Of a stretch of DNA of 59,924 bases, positions 58,819-59,924 are shown in pieces. Position 1 is the stretch's first letter; each line of letters begins with the position of its first letter. The translations under genes were made by a program, and so were the position numbers. Source of the stretch: Candidatus Zhuqueibacterota bacterium (GTDB taxonomy: Bacteria; Zhuqueibacterota; Zhuqueibacteria; Thermofontimicrobiales; Thiofontviventaceae). The DNA lies in contig JAZBPW010000081.1 in the NCBI GenBank assembly GCA_036351795.1, forward strand, positions 1 to 59,924. Reading direction: 5' to 3'. Below the pieces are notes generated by a model, which was given only the letters and a program-made list of their open reading frames with translations, had not been told where the DNA came from and did not search any database.

Positions 58819-59924
58819 ATGAGAAGAAACATCATTTGCACTGTCATGTCAGCGGCGCTGATTATTTTGTGCTTCAACAACGTTTTTGCGCAAAAAGGAT
58901 CGGGTCTGTACGTCTGACCCAGCACTGTCACCTTCGTCGAAGGGACCGGGCCGAATAGTTGGAAGAGATTTTTAAAAATTCAGAACGACCATGCAAGCGT
59001 TTCATACACCTGGACAATCGATGCGACAGGCAAAGAGGAGTGGTGGGACTTCAGCGGGGGAACACCATACACAGGCTATCAGAATCCAGGTGAGAGTATC
59101 AATATTTACATCGAAGTAGACAGAGAGGGTAGATCAGACGGAGAGTACTGGGACGGTTTCTATATCGATGCCTATGGCGATGGCTATTCCTACCGTCAAC
59201 CAGTGGTTGTCATCATGGATGTCGGAGATTCCATATCAACAGAAGGTCCGGAATTGATCAATATCGATACCAATCACGGCGGAAACCTGGACAGGATCGT
59301 CATGACATTTAACCACTATATCAAACCCTATTCCGGTAAAGATATAAGCAAATATGAAATAACTCCGGCGCTGTCTCTGAAACAGGCAGATGTTGTGTTT
59401 GATAAAATTATATTGTACACGAAAGAGCATTTGTGGAATACACAATATTCGATACATATCAGTTCTTTATCCGATATCAGGAGCAGGACGACGACCAATA
59501 TCATCGCTGATTATACTTTTTATCATTCTTGTGCAGGATCGGATCTGACTGTTTCGAAGTCCGACATGGACTATGATTGGGATAATGTAGAAACAGGTCA
59601 ATTGATCTATACGGATGAGCTGTGGTCTATGCGTGGCTTCCCGGATGAGTTAACAGGACAGGCCATGTTGAGAACCAGTATGCGCGACAATACAAATCAT
59701 AAACTGCGAATATCATTCGGGATCGACTGTGATAGCTGCAGCGTCATTGTTGCGCATCCCAAGGATAAGGCAGCAGAGTGGGGCTGCGAATGGCTGACGG
59801 CTGATTTTTCACCCCTCAACATGACGGCCGAAGCGGGTAAACAGGATCAGCAGATCATTTTTGATCTTTATCAGAGTGTAAGAAGATTCTCGGCAGATGA
59901 GACTGTATCTCTGTTTACGAATGG
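58819..59924 (+). CDS. Secreted Ig-like domain protein, 3-prime partial, with an in-frame TGA at codon 33
   Basis: Not in the ORF track. MRRNIICTVMSAALIILCFNNVFA-QKGSGLYV*PSTVTF..., then an uninterrupted frame to the window end. BACON-like (YTWTID...W...IEVDR) and Big-like (GPELI...IVMTFN...SKYEITP) segments. Confidence 0.75.

Noticed and set aside
59236-59457. 73-aa minus-strand ORF
   Set aside because: It is antisense to the long plus-strand frame starting at 58819.
1-59924. Genome-wide reassignment of TAG or TGA
   Set aside because: TAG cleanly ends complete genes (for example at 6201, 8135, 25815, 28588, 40593) and TGA ends many others. Trp is encoded by TGG.
1-59924. CRISPR array, tRNA, rRNA, transposase, integrase or prophage
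   Set aside because: I saw no regular repeat-spacer pattern, cloverleaf, rRNA-like stretch or mobile-element protein motif.

Overview
This window is chromosomal DNA from an anaerobic, Gram-negative bacterium. PorD/DUF4835, a PorV-like barrel, a YPNPFN-type T9SS sorting domain, PFOR and ADP-forming acetate-CoA ligase point to an FCB-group lineage such as KSB1 or Calditrichota (inference). It holds about 45 genes: K+ channel and CPA2 antiporter, sensor kinase, diguanylate cyclase, peptidases (M1, M16C, M55), CCA-adding enzyme, sugar genes (GH20, ABC importer, AGE epimerase, fucose-isomerase-like, two UroD-family proteins), YgiQ plus YhiN, TypA and a DHOD-like/ACD/PFOR cluster. I found no rRNA, tRNA, CRISPR array or transposase. 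Top candidates: (1) an operon at 43750-47915 encoding a divergent alanine-racemase-GNAT fusion, a SAM methyltransferase and a Na+/solute symporter. The racemase is interrupted by an in-frame TAG, and a second TAG-TCC joins it in frame to the methyltransferase. (2) Two adjacent outer-membrane beta-barrels each fused to ComEA helix-hairpin-helix DNA-binding domains (7050-10248). (3) A secreted Ig-like protein missed by the ORF track (58819 to window end) with an in-frame TGA followed by a bSECIS-like hairpin. (4) A rhodanese with a T9SS-type sorting domain. The in-frame stops may be nonsense mutations or assembly errors rather than recoding. All family assignments come from motif recognition by eye, not database searches.
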